From: a bacterium
GTDB taxonomy: Bacteria > UBA8248
Assembly (NCBI GenBank): GCA_965261085.1
Contig: OZ253442.1
Location: 3,136,001-3,200,000, forward strand
DNA length: 64,000 bases
Reading direction: 5' to 3'
The position numbers and the translations under genes are program-made. Positions 29,060 through 38,896 of this stretch are shown in pieces. The notes under the pieces are model-generated. The model saw only the letters and a list, made by a program, of their open reading frames with translations, was not told where the DNA came from and made no database searches. Within the stretch, counting starts at the first letter, position 1. Each line of letters starts with the position of its first letter.

Positions 29060-30955
29060 CTAGTCGAAGGGATAGCCCAGCCCGGCGAGCGCCTCGGTGA
29101 TCTCGGGCAGAATGGCCGGATCGTCGATGGTGGCAGGCATCTTGTATTCCTCGCCATCTGCGATGTTCGACATCGTTCCCCGCAGAATCTTGCCCGAGCG
29201 CGTCTTGGGCAGGCGCGTCACCACCGTCGCCTGGCGGAACGAGGCCACCGCGCCGATTTGACTGCGAACGAGCTGCACCACCTCGGTGACGATATCTTCG
29301 TCTTGTTTATCGACGCCCGCCTTGAGCACAAGGAAACCGAGCGGGAGCTGGCCCTTGAGCTGGTCCTTCACGCCGATGACGGCGCACTCGGCCACGTCGG
29401 GGTGAGCCGACAGAACCTCTTCCATCGCGCCCGTGGAGAGCCTGTGGCCCGCCACGTTGATGATGTCGTCCGTCCTCGACATCACGTAGACGTAGCCCTC
29501 CTCATCCATGTATCCGGCGTCACCCGTCTTGTAGAAACCCGGGTACTCGCTCAGATAGGAGTCGATGAAGCGATCATCAGCGTTCCAGAGAGTGGGCAGG
29601 CACCCGGGCGGCAAGGGGAGCCTGACGCACAGCGCGCCCATCTCGCCCGCGCCCAGTTCGCGGCCCTCTCCGTCGAGAACCTTGAAATCATAGCCGGGCA
29701 CCGCCTTCGAGGGGGAGCCGTACTTGACGGGCATATGCTCGATGCCCATGGGGTTCGCCAGCATCGGCCAGCCGGTCTCCGTCTGCCAGTAGTGGTCGAT
29801 GACGGGAATCTGCAGGTGCTCCTCGGCCCACTGAATCGTATCCGGGTCGGAGCGTTCCCCGGCCAGGAAAAGAATGCGGAAACGACTGAGGTCGTAATTC
29901 TTCATGAGTTCGGCGTCCGGATCGTCTCGCTTGATTGCGCGGAACGCCGTGGGCGCAGTGAAGAAAACCTCTACCCCGTGCTCGGAGATGATGCGCCAGA
30001 AAACGCCCGCATCGGGCGTGCCGACGGGCTTGCCCTCGAAGAGGATGGTGGTGCAGCCATGAATCAGCGGCGCATAGGTGATGTAGGAATGACCCACTAC
30101 CCAGCCGACGTCGGACGCCGCCCAGAACACATCTCCCGGCGACACGTCGTACACGTTTCGCATCGACCACTTGAGCGCCACCAGGTGGCCGCCGTTGTCC
30201 CGCACCACGCCCTTGGGCTCGCCGGTCGTGCCCGAGGTATAGAGGATATACAGGGGGTCCGTGGCGGCGAGGGGAACGCAGTCCGCAGGCGTTGCGTCTT
30301 TGAGAGAATCGTTCCACTCGATGTCGCGGCCCTCGATGAGTTCCGCCTCGACCTGGGAGCGCTGAAAGATGATGCATTTATCGGGTTTTACGCTGGAGAT
30401 GTTGATCGCCTCATCGAGCAGGGGCTTATAGGCGATGACGCCCGAGGGTTCGACCCCGCACGAGGCGGAAATCATGAGCTTTGGTTTTGCGTCCTCGATT
30501 CGCGTGGCCAACTCATTCGGCGCGAAGCCGCCGAAAACGACCGAGTGCACCGCGCCGATGCGCGCGCAGGCCAGCATGGCGATTGACGCCTCGGGCACCA
30601 TCGGCATGTAAATGATGACGCGGTCGCCCTTCTCCACCCCCTGGGCCTTGAGAGCGCCCGCGAAATGCGCGACTCTTTGCAACAATTCCCCATAAGTTAT
30701 CTTCTGAGTGGGTTCGCCCGTGATGGGGGTGTCGTATATCAGAGCGAGTTGATCCGCCCGTCCTTCCTCGACGTGCCGATCGACCGCGTTGTAGCAGGTG
30801 TTGACCTCGCCTCCCGTAAACCAGCGGTAAAAAGGCGGGTTCGAGTCGTCAAACACCTTGTCCCATTTCTTGTACCAGTGGATATCCTCCGCCGCCTCCG
30901 CCCAGAAGGCTTCCCCATCCGAGAGGGAGCGACCGTAAACTTCCGCATAGCCCAT
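29060..30955 (-). CDS. prpE: Propionyl-CoA synthetase (acetate/propionate-CoA ligase)
   Basis: YILYTSGTTGEPKG, WAASDVGWVVGHSY, DHYWQTETG, NVAGHRLS and LPKTRSGKILR motifs. Confidence 0.9.
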   Translation of the reverse strand: MGYAEVYGRSLSDGEAFWAEAAEDIHWYKKWDKVFDDSNPPFYRWFTGGEVNTCYNAVDRHVEEGRADQLALIYDTPITGEPTQKITYGELLQRVAHFAGALKAQGVEKGDRVIIYMPMVPEASIAMLACARIGAVHSVVFGGFAPNELATRIEDAKPKLMISASCGVEPSGVIAYKPLLDEAINISSVKPDKCIIFQRSQVEAELIEGRDIEWNDSLKDATPADCVPLAATDPLYILYTSGTTGEPKGVVRDNGGHLVALKWSMRNVYDVSPGDVFWAASDVGWVVGHSYITYAPLIHGCTTILFEGKPVGTPDAGVFWRIISEHGVEVFFTAPTAFRAIKRDDPDAELMKNYDLSRFRILFLAGERSDPDTIQWAEEHLQIPVIDHYWQTETGWPMLANPMGIEHMPVKYGSPSKAVPGYDFKVLDGEGRELGAGEMGALCVRLPLPPGCLPTLWNADDRFIDSYLSEYPGFYKTGDAGYMDEEGYVYVMSRTDDIINVAGHRLSTGAMEEVLSAHPDVAECAVIGVKDQLKGQLPLGFLVLKAGVDKQDEDIVTEVVQLVRSQIGAVASFRQATVVTRLPKTRSGKILRGTMSNIADGEEYKMPATIDDPAILPEITEALAGLGYPFD

Positions 30956-31192
30956 CTTTTTTCCTCCAAGCAGAAAACTTGTATTTTTTAGTTGTAGTGA
31001 AAAAACGCATCATATCAAATTCCGCTTCCCTTTGCGCGGCTCACCGGGATGGTTCACGCTTGCCACCGACTCATGGTCGCCATCCTGACGAACACTCTCA
31101 CCTCCCCACCCGCCCTATGCGAATGATTCGCGCTTGTCCGCGCTCTGGGCCGGTGCTAGGCTCGGTTCTCTCCATCTGAGACAGGATGCGCC

Positions 31193-32452
31193 ATGGGCAT
31201 GACCCTGACAGAGAAAATCATGGCCAGAGCCTCGGGACGGGACGACCTGCGCGCAGGCGACATCGTATATCCAGAAGCCGATCTGGCGACGATTCACGAT
31301 CTCTACGTGGTAGAAGCCGACCGTCAACTCTTAGAGCTCGGTGTGGAGCGTCCCTGGGACCCGGAGCGCGTGTTCGTTTGCTTCGACCACGACACGATTC
31401 CCCAGACCATCGCCATCGCGAATCGCGCCCGGCGGATAAGAGAAATCGTCAAACGCTGGGGCGTAAAGCATTTCTTCGATACGGGCCGCGGCCAGGGCCA
31501 TGTTTTCCCGATGGAAATCGGCATCGTAAAACCCGGCGAATGCGTCCTGGCCTATGACATTCACGTCACGAACTACGGCGCCATGGGTTGTCTCGGCCTG
31601 GCGCTCGTCTTCGAGTTCCCCGCCGTGCTCGCCACGGGCAGCCATTGGCTCAAGGCGCCTGAGACGATTCAAATCGATTTGAGCGGAAAACTCCCGGCGG
31701 GCGTCGGCATCCGGGACGCCGCCGCGCGCATCATTCACGACATCGGCCCCGACGCCGCCGATTACCGCGTCTTCGAGTACACCGGAGAGGCTCTCGCCCA
31801 TCTCGGGGTCGACGCGCGGGTGAAGCTCTGCAACCTGCCGATAGAGATCGGGGCGAAAAGCGCCATCGTGCCCGCCGATGAAGTCGTGGCGCAGTGGATG
31901 CGCGAGAGGAACATCGACGGTTTTGAAGCGACCCGAAGCGACCCCGACGCCGCATTCGCCGAAACTTATGAGTTCAACCTCTCCGAGATGGAGCCCATCG
32001 TAGCGCTTCCGCCGAGGCCCGAGAACGTGGCCCCGCTAACAGAGGCCTTGGGCGTGCCGATCCACGCGGCGTATCTGGGCTCATGCGCTGCGGATCAATA
32101 TGAGGACATGGCGGAGGCCGCCGGGATTCTGCGCGGGAAGAAACTCGCCCCGGGTGTAAGGATGATCGTGACGCCCGGCAGCCAGGAGGTGCTCGCCCGC
32201 TGCGTCGAGGATGGCCTGATGGACATTTTCTGTGAGGCGGGCGCCATGGTGGGTCCGCCCGGGTGCGGCCCCTGCGCCATCGGCAAGGGAGGCCCCCTGG
32301 CGGACGGGGAGACCTGCATCGCCACGGTGACGCGAAACGACGTGGGGCGGATGGGGAGCCGTAAGGCGCAAATCTACCTCGCCAGCGCGGCCACGGTGGC
32401 CGCTTCCGCCGTGAGGGGCGAGATCGCAGACCCCAGAGAGTTCCTGACTTGA
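31193..32452 (+). CDS. Aconitase family large subunit (LeuC/HacA-like, divergent)
   Basis: MGMTLTEKI, DH, GSC and GCGPC 4Fe-4S ligands, YLASAATVAASA; substrate motifs altered. Confidence 0.85.
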   Translation: MGMTLTEKIMARASGRDDLRAGDIVYPEADLATIHDLYVVEADRQLLELGVERPWDPERVFVCFDHDTIPQTIAIANRARRIREIVKRWGVKHFFDTGRGQGHVFPMEIGIVKPGECVLAYDIHVTNYGAMGCLGLALVFEFPAVLATGSHWLKAPETIQIDLSGKLPAGVGIRDAAARIIHDIGPDAADYRVFEYTGEALAHLGVDARVKLCNLPIEIGAKSAIVPADEVVAQWMRERNIDGFEATRSDPDAAFAETYEFNLSEMEPIVALPPRPENVAPLTEALGVPIHAAYLGSCAADQYEDMAEAAGILRGKKLAPGVRMIVTPGSQEVLARCVEDGLMDIFCEAGAMVGPPGCGPCAIGKGGPLADGETCIATVTRNDVGRMGSRKAQIYLASAATVAASAVRGEIADPREFLT

Positions 32453-32462
32453 GGAGGACGCC

Positions 32463-32987
32463 TTGAACTGGACGATGCAGGGGCGTTGCTGGAAATTCGG
32501 GGATAATCTCTCGCTCGATGACGACATCCTCGAATTCGCAAAGGTCTTCGTGCAGGGTGTGCGCGTATCGGACCCCGAATACTTGAAGCAGCACGTCTTC
32601 ACGAACCTGATTCCCGATTTCCCGGACCGGGCGAAACCGGGCGACATCGTGGTCGCTGGGAAACGATTCGGCCAGGGCAATCCACACATATACGGCCTCC
32701 TCGGAATGGCGGGCCTGGGGGTCGGCCTCATCGCGGAGAGCGTTCCCCATTTCACCTACCGGATGATTGTGGCGGCGGGACTGCCGGCGCTTCCTTTCTT
32801 CGCCGACATCGGAGCGCACGTGGAAGATGGGGACGAGTTGCGCGTAGATTTCCAGATCGGAGAAGTGGAGAATCTGAGTCGCGACGTTCAATGTAAGTCT
32901 GAGCCATTGCCAAACGCGCTGAGGGATATCATCGAAACCGGAGGTTTTCTGCCCGCCCTGAAAAAACGACTGGAAACACTTCCATAA
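32463..32987 (+). CDS. Aconitase family small subunit (LeuD/HacB-like, divergent)
   Basis: GRCWKFGDNL, GDIVVAG..FG.G, AES and II..GG motifs. Confidence 0.85.
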   Translation: MNWTMQGRCWKFGDNLSLDDDILEFAKVFVQGVRVSDPEYLKQHVFTNLIPDFPDRAKPGDIVVAGKRFGQGNPHIYGLLGMAGLGVGLIAESVPHFTYRMIVAAGLPALPFFADIGAHVEDGDELRVDFQIGEVENLSRDVQCKSEPLPNALRDIIETGGFLPALKKRLETLP

Positions 32988-33119
32988 TACGACGACCAGA
33001 AGAGCCGCCTCGTGTCCCCACCCAAAATATTTCTTGTCGAATGGTCCTCACCCATGAAATTTTATCTCCCAACAAAAATTTTTTTTTTATAATTTCTCAC
33101 ATGACGTTTCGCTTTGTGC

Positions 33120-33240
33120 GTGATTTTCCTATCGTGGGGGTGGGCGAATGGCGTCATCAGAAACAGGACTCGAACGGCGAGGCTTCATCGCCACCCTCTG
33201 CATGGTGGACGGTCTGCTCGTCAGCTACGGCACGGTTTAA
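33120..33240 (+). pseudogene. Possible relic of an RbsC-type sugar ABC permease
   Basis: WGWANGVIRNRTR, a 1-nt frameshift, then GFIATLCM, resembling the G..NG......FIATL motif; very short. Confidence 0.3.
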
Positions 33241-34451
33241 GATTTTTTCGAAGTAGAATAACGCTTGAGTTCTTCGGCAACTTCGGGGTAGGTGAACCAC
33301 TCGGGGATTTCCTCCCCGTTTTCCATCATTTCACGGAGCCGCGTGCCGGATATGCTGAGGGTTCGGGTGCTTTCGGGAATCCGGTCCACCGGCAGGTAGC
33401 GCTTTTCATCGGGGGTGTAGATCATCTCCTGGAACGGGACCATTTCGATTCCGCATTCCGCCTGGTGGATTTTCAGCAAATCCTGAGCGGCGTATGGGTC
33501 GTAGAAAGCCTCGCCCCGGCCGTCGACGCCGGGGCCGGCGTGATCCCTGCCTACGATAAAATGGGTGCAGCCGTAGTTTTTTCGGATAAGCGCGTGCCAA
33601 AGCGCCTCTCTAGGACCGGCCATCCGCATCGCCAAGGGCAAAAGCGCCAGCATGACGGAACCCGGAGGATAATACCTGAGAACATGTTCGTAGCAGCGCA
33701 CCCGGCACGTATGGTCGATGTCTCCCGGCTTCGTCACCCCCACCACCGGGTGCAGGAGTATTTTTGCTCTATTCTCGGAAGCGGCGCGCAACGTCAATTC
33801 CACATGGGCCCTGTGCAGCGGGTTGCGCGTCTGAAAGGCGACAATCCTTTTCCAGCCCATTTCTTGGAATTTCCCTCGCAATTCTCCCGGTGTATGGTGA
33901 TAATCCGGAAAATCAAGATACCGGGGGAGCCGGATTCCGCGCAAACGGCCGCCGAGATACAAAGGGCCCGTTTCCTGAAAAAGATATCGAACCCCCGGAT
34001 GCGCCTGATCGAGAGTGCCGAAGACGTTTTTCGCTTCCCGTTCAAGGTCGGCCCGCCAGACGTCTTCCACGTCCAGAACGGCGAGCAATCTTCCATGGGG
34101 GTCCCGCAGGGCGAGCCGGGCGCGCTTCTCGAACCTGTTTCCCATGTTTTCGGATACATCGAGCACGATGGGAATGGGCCACAACGCCCCGTTTTCAAGC
34201 CGCATGGTTTCCAGAACGCAGTCGTAGTCCTTTCGATTTGCATATCCTCGCAGCGGCGCGAATGCGCCGTTCAGCAACAGTTCGAGATCGCATACCTGGC
34301 GGGTGTTGAGGGAAATTTGAGGCAAATCTACGGCCTCGTTTTCGAGAACCGCTTTTTCTTCCTCGGGGAGGAGGAGATTGGGCTGAAACGGGTGTTCGTT
34401 CTCTGGAGACAAACCGGATGCTCCTGTCAGGATAAGCGAATTCGAGGACAC
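33237..34451 (-). CDS. sat: Sulfate adenylyltransferase (ATP sulfurylase)
   Basis: CDLELLLNGAF, VAFQTRNPLHRAH, MRMAGPREA, THFIVGRDHAG and ISGT motifs. Confidence 0.95.
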   Translation of the reverse strand: MSSNSLILTGASGLSPENEHPFQPNLLLPEEEKAVLENEAVDLPQISLNTRQVCDLELLLNGAFAPLRGYANRKDYDCVLETMRLENGALWPIPIVLDVSENMGNRFEKRARLALRDPHGRLLAVLDVEDVWRADLEREAKNVFGTLDQAHPGVRYLFQETGPLYLGGRLRGIRLPRYLDFPDYHHTPGELRGKFQEMGWKRIVAFQTRNPLHRAHVELTLRAASENRAKILLHPVVGVTKPGDIDHTCRVRCYEHVLRYYPPGSVMLALLPLAMRMAGPREALWHALIRKNYGCTHFIVGRDHAGPGVDGRGEAFYDPYAAQDLLKIHQAECGIEMVPFQEMIYTPDEKRYLPVDRIPESTRTLSISGTRLREMMENGEEIPEWFTYPEVAEELKRYSTSKKS

Positions 34452-34484
34452 AGTTTAGCGACTGCCCGAATGCGGGCGCTTTCT

Positions 34485-35498
34485 CTAATGGAAACCCCAG
34501 AGAAGAGAATTCCTGTCGCTTTGCGCCCATACGCCCCGTTCGAGTCTGTCTTTTCTTCTTCCGTCATGCCAGCGTTTGTACTCGATGGACTGGATGTTGG
34601 TGATGGTGTCGTTCTCGAGCAGTTGACGCTTCTCGCGTAAGGAAAGATTATCCGGCGCCCCTTCGAGCGTATAGTCGAATTCGCGCAATGTCTCGCCGAT
34701 CAAACTTTCGATGACCCCGACGTCCGCCTTTGGCAGGCGATGCTTGTACATCTCGACAAAATCGGTCGTGATGGGGCGGGCCGTTTTGGCGTGTATCGGG
34801 GTTTCGGCCCATTGCTTCGTCGATGCGGTTTCCTGGTGGGCGAGCATGGCGGGCGAGAAATCCTCACCCAGAAATTCACACAGTTTCTCCAGAACGGGTA
34901 CCGGCTCGGCGCAGAGTTCCTCATACCTGACGACGAAGTAGGATTCGGGGTCCAGCTTTTTCGCCGAATCGCTCACGCTCCGAACAAAATCACGCCACAC
35001 CCCGGCGGCTGCGTAGAGGTTATTCGGCCAGAGGGCGGAATCCGCGATGTCGATGGCGACGTCCCGCCCGTCCCGGATGATGTGGACGAACTGTGCGCCG
35101 GGATACATGGATTTGAGGTCTTCCATATAAAAACAAACGCGCGGCGTTTTTTCTCCCCACCGCTCTTTTCCGTGGGATTTCGCATACAGCCGATGAAGGG
35201 CGGCGTACATCTCCGCAAAGGTGGGCTCTTTCATTTCATCGCTTACTTCCGCCGCGCTCGGCGAAATGGGCCATGCGCGGATCGTCGGAGTAGCCAGGGA
35301 GTCTTCGATCATCTCGGTGAGATTGGTTTCGTTCGATAAATCACCGTAGCTGTAAAGATAGGGATAGATGAAATGCGTGAGCCATGCGGGCGGGGGCACC
35401 GCCAGCCGTGGATGGGCGTCCAGTATCAACCGGAGAAGCGTGGAGCCCGAACGGGGTGAACTGGCGATGAATACGGGACGTTCCTGGATCTCAGTCAT
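34485..35498 (-). CDS. Sulfotransferase (PAPS-dependent family)
   Basis: 5'-PSB SPRSGSTLL, WGEKTP, 3'-PB IIRDGRDVA and VRYEEL motifs. Confidence 0.9.
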   Translation of the reverse strand: MTEIQERPVFIASSPRSGSTLLRLILDAHPRLAVPPPAWLTHFIYPYLYSYGDLSNETNLTEMIEDSLATPTIRAWPISPSAAEVSDEMKEPTFAEMYAALHRLYAKSHGKERWGEKTPRVCFYMEDLKSMYPGAQFVHIIRDGRDVAIDIADSALWPNNLYAAAGVWRDFVRSVSDSAKKLDPESYFVVRYEELCAEPVPVLEKLCEFLGEDFSPAMLAHQETASTKQWAETPIHAKTARPITTDFVEMYKHRLPKADVGVIESLIGETLREFDYTLEGAPDNLSLREKRQLLENDTITNIQSIEYKRWHDGRRKDRLERGVWAQSDRNSLLWGFH

Positions 35499-35580
35499 GA
35501 GAAGTTTCCTCTTGATGCGGACCCGGCGCCTTGGCGGCTGTTTCCGGGACGTGGTTTGAGCGGATGGATTCCTTCATCAT

Positions 35581-36459
35581 TCATGCGGAAAAACGCATCG
35601 CCTCCCAGGGGGTTAGGCTGGGGTTTCCCCGCGTGAAGTGCATGGTTTTATCGATCAGGTCGAAGATGACCGCCGTGAACGTCGAACATGGTTGGGCGCT
35701 GTTCGTTCGCGCTCCCGGCGCGCGGAGATTCAGCGCGCAAATCGAACCCAGACCCCCGTCCCCGCTGGGTCCTTTCCAGGAGAGAGTGTTTTTGAGGGCA
35801 TCGAGCGCCTCGTCCTTGCTCATTCCCTGCGGAACGGACTCGTGGAGCCTGTCCAGGGTGTTCTGCATGTATTCGCACCGCGTCTCCCGATCCTCGCGCA
35901 CGTGCTCGGGCAACCGGGCTTGCTCATTCAGCAGGATGAGGCGACCGTTATTCCCGCGCGCCGCGTAGCCTTCCGGGTAGACGTGCGATTCGATTCTGTC
36001 CTCGCAGTGTTCGAGCACGGCGACCTTGCCCGTCGCGTCGGCAAGGAGGAAGTTTCCGCCCCGCTGTCCGGTGCCTTTTCCCGTGTGTCTGGGAAGAACG
36101 TCGTGCAGGTAGGGAAGCGTCTCTTCGACGGTTCCGTAGATTTCCAGGAGGCCCGCGGCGATGGCGCTCCGGCGGTCGACGTCCAGCGGGAAGTCCTTGT
36201 GCTCTTTTACGGGTTCGTCTTTTTCATCGAAAGGCCCCCGGTAGTCCAGAAAAGAGCGTATGACGGCCAGTCCTTTTTCGTTCATACCGGAGTTCACGCC
36301 GGGCCGCGAGGCCGTGTTGAAGCCCATGAAATCGTGGCCGCATCCTCCCGTAATGCAGCCATGCCAATGGCTGACAGGCATGTAGTCCGAGGTTTTCAGC
36401 GCAAAGGCTACGGGATTTCCCCTCGAGTCGGACGTCGCAACAGCGCCTATCGTGCACAT
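35581..36459 (-). CDS. Ntn-hydrolase (C45 / choloylglycine hydrolase-like)
   Basis: N-terminal M-C-T nucleophile, GMNEKGLAV, NFLLAD and C-terminal GNP motifs. Confidence 0.75.
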   Translation of the reverse strand: MCTIGAVATSDSRGNPVAFALKTSDYMPVSHWHGCITGGCGHDFMGFNTASRPGVNSGMNEKGLAVIRSFLDYRGPFDEKDEPVKEHKDFPLDVDRRSAIAAGLLEIYGTVEETLPYLHDVLPRHTGKGTGQRGGNFLLADATGKVAVLEHCEDRIESHVYPEGYAARGNNGRLILLNEQARLPEHVREDRETRCEYMQNTLDRLHESVPQGMSKDEALDALKNTLSWKGPSGDGGLGSICALNLRAPGARTNSAQPCSTFTAVIFDLIDKTMHFTRGNPSLTPWEAMRFSA

Positions 36460-36543
36460 TTTATTCTCCTCACTGGATTCGTGAATCCTGGAATTCTGGG
36501 GAGTGGAAAGGAACGCCGGTCGATTCCCCGGCCCAACTCCCCT

Positions 36544-38739
36544 TTATTCCAGATTCACCCAAACGGGACTGCTCCAGGCTTTTTCCTGGTTCACCTGAAC
36601 CACCCGTACCCAATACGTGTTCAGCCCGGAAGGCGCATCGTTGTCGATATACTCGAAACGTGCCTCCCAGGGGCCATCCATCGCCGGAGTTTTGCCGACT
36701 TCTATTCGCTGGCCGAGTCTTCCGGCGTCCACCAAAGCAGGTTTTTCGAGAAAATCCCGGATTCTCCCCTGAAGCTCCGCGTGTTTCGTCTGGATTTGCA
36801 TCTCGCCGTCTTCGCCGCCGAATTCGAGATTGAACCCCCTGGAATCTCCCGCGGTGTAGAGACTCCACGAGATGCCGGATTCCGTGCTTTCGAGAAAGCG
36901 ATCGCGGTTTTGAACGAACGCGACGGGTTCGGACGCGAGGATTCGCGCTTCGCTTAAGGACAGCCGCCCGTCCCACAGGGTGGACCGGCCGCGTCCGCGC
37001 ACACGCGCTCCTGAGAACAGGACGCGAAGCCAGTTGCCCGGCCGATTCGCGGCGATTTGCTCGGAATGGATGCGCGTCATTCCGCGAAACAACTCGATAC
37101 GCTCGAGCGGGGCCGTGCCCACCGCCTCGACCGAGATTCGGGGAGCTCCTGTCGCATCGATTTCCTCCCCCATCCACCGATCGTTCACCATGAAACGCAG
37201 GTAAATCCGCTCACCGCTCGTGGCGTAACAGCGGCGCGCCTTGATGTCGGCCCAAATGGATTCCCGCGTCAGTTCCTTGGCGTAGAGCGCCGTCAGGCCG
37301 TTACGGGAGGCGAAATGGCTGATGTCCTCACTCGGATAACAGGCGCCGGGCTGCCCGTAGTGATCATCACTGCCGCCGGCGAAGCCCACCTTCATGTTTC
37401 GCTCTATGGATTCCTCCAGCATCCACTCGAACATGCCGTGTTTCGAGTGAATCTCGATGACGGGCTCGAGTTCCGGGTCGTGAAATTCCAGGTTGGCCGG
37501 CCGGCCGCCCACATGGGGCAGGCTGAGCGCTTGCGCGCCCCGAAGCTGCGCATGGAGCTTCGTAATGTGATCCCGATCGGTGTCGACGTCGGAGAGGTCG
37601 GTTTGCAGCCAATGGGAACAGCGGTGAATCGCGGCGTCCTCATCGAAGAAAAATATGGCGTGATCCCCGCCCATCGGGGTGGTGCCCGACCACTCATAGC
37701 CGAGGAACGGGACGAAGCGGCCCGGCTCATGGAAGGCGCGGGTCTGCTCTTTCAACTCTTCCATGTCCTGGTTCGTCACCTCGAAGCAGTTTCCCTGGTG
37801 GGTGGTGAACTCGAGCGCGCCCGCATCCCGGGCGAATCGGTAGAATTCCTCGAAACTGTTGACGCCCACCGTGCCTGCGGTCTGGCCCCCGTGAAAGTCT
37901 CCCCAATGGAGGCGGGGGCCTTCTATCCGCTCGCGCACCACGACCGGGTTGCTGAGCGCTTCGCGTCCCGCCCCGTCCCGGACGCGCACGCGGGCCACGC
38001 CCTCGTCTTCAAAAGAAACTTCCTCTGTTCTCAGCAGCGCAATCCCGTCTCCATCGAAGCGCAAACTCTCGGGAAGACCCAGATTCGCGCCCACGGCTTC
38101 AAGCGAAATTTCCTCCGAGCAGCCTTCCGCGATGTTGCCGTGCCTGTCTTCCGCCTTGACCAGCAGCCACCCTTTTTCACCGACGGCGGCTTCTGAAGTC
38201 ATGATCGCGACGAGGCGGCGCGCTTCTCCTCCCTTGATCTTAAGCGTCGGCGAATGAGGCAGGGGCTGAAAGTTTCCCGCACCGAAAGGATCGACGAACA
38301 TCTTGAATTCGAAATTGCTCTCGCAGAAGGTCTGCGCTTTGAGTCCGGGCCCGCCCTGGCTGGTATCGCCCAGAGTGATCTCGATAGAGTCTCCCTCCCA
38401 GATACACCCATCCAGAACGTCGATGGTCAGGGCCTGGCGCCAGTGGCGGATGTATCCGCGTCTTTCGAATCTGGGCGAGAGCACCGCTTCGGATTCGGAA
38501 TGGAGTTTAACAGTAGTGTAGTTCTCCCCTTTGGGGTCGCCAAATTGCGGCGCGCCCCAGTTGCTGACCTGCCTGAAGGCGATCTTGATGGAGCCTCGCT
38601 CGTCAATCCCCCAGCGGCCCACCTTGTAGCGGATTCGCCATGTCCCAAGTTCCCCGGCCACCGCATCGGCGGCGGGCTCGACTTCCGCGAAACCCAATTC
38701 ATCCGTCCAGGTCTGTATCGTCCAATCCGGGAGACGCAC
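36544..38739 (-). CDS. DUF3604 family PHP-like metallohydrolase
   Basis: WGDFH, GYEWS...GDH, PH, EIHS.HG, GF.GGSDDH.G.PG, YATSG and AWSSPVWV motifs. Confidence 0.85.
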   Translation of the reverse strand: MRLPDWTIQTWTDELGFAEVEPAADAVAGELGTWRIRYKVGRWGIDERGSIKIAFRQVSNWGAPQFGDPKGENYTTVKLHSESEAVLSPRFERRGYIRHWRQALTIDVLDGCIWEGDSIEITLGDTSQGGPGLKAQTFCESNFEFKMFVDPFGAGNFQPLPHSPTLKIKGGEARRLVAIMTSEAAVGEKGWLLVKAEDRHGNIAEGCSEEISLEAVGANLGLPESLRFDGDGIALLRTEEVSFEDEGVARVRVRDGAGREALSNPVVVRERIEGPRLHWGDFHGGQTAGTVGVNSFEEFYRFARDAGALEFTTHQGNCFEVTNQDMEELKEQTRAFHEPGRFVPFLGYEWSGTTPMGGDHAIFFFDEDAAIHRCSHWLQTDLSDVDTDRDHITKLHAQLRGAQALSLPHVGGRPANLEFHDPELEPVIEIHSKHGMFEWMLEESIERNMKVGFAGGSDDHYGQPGACYPSEDISHFASRNGLTALYAKELTRESIWADIKARRCYATSGERIYLRFMVNDRWMGEEIDATGAPRISVEAVGTAPLERIELFRGMTRIHSEQIAANRPGNWLRVLFSGARVRGRGRSTLWDGRLSLSEARILASEPVAFVQNRDRFLESTESGISWSLYTAGDSRGFNLEFGGEDGEMQIQTKHAELQGRIRDFLEKPALVDAGRLGQRIEVGKTPAMDGPWEARFEYIDNDAPSGLNTYWVRVVQVNQEKAWSSPVWVNLE

Positions 38740-38896
38740 GTTCTCCTGCCTTTCCGACGCAGTCCTGCGTCAATTCCTGAGAATGCCCGATTCAGCGCTC
38801 GGCGCCGAATTGGTTTTCATTCACGCGGCCCGCACTTTACATAAACGAGACCGCTTCCTGATGTCTGAAAAAGTTTTCTCTCCCCAAAATGATTTT

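Noticed and set aside
28850-30586. 578-aa plus-strand ORF (likewise 9231..11057, 33114..34640, 50108..51916, 5482..6774)
   Set aside because: Antisense or alternate-frame shadows of well-supported genes, expected in high-GC DNA, with no recognisable motifs.
31193-32987. leuC/leuD of leucine biosynthesis
   Set aside because: Key substrate and catalytic motifs are replaced and no other leu genes are nearby.
33237-34451. Dissimilatory sulfur metabolism
   Set aside because: No apr, qmo or dsr genes in the window; the context points to sulfate activation for transfer.
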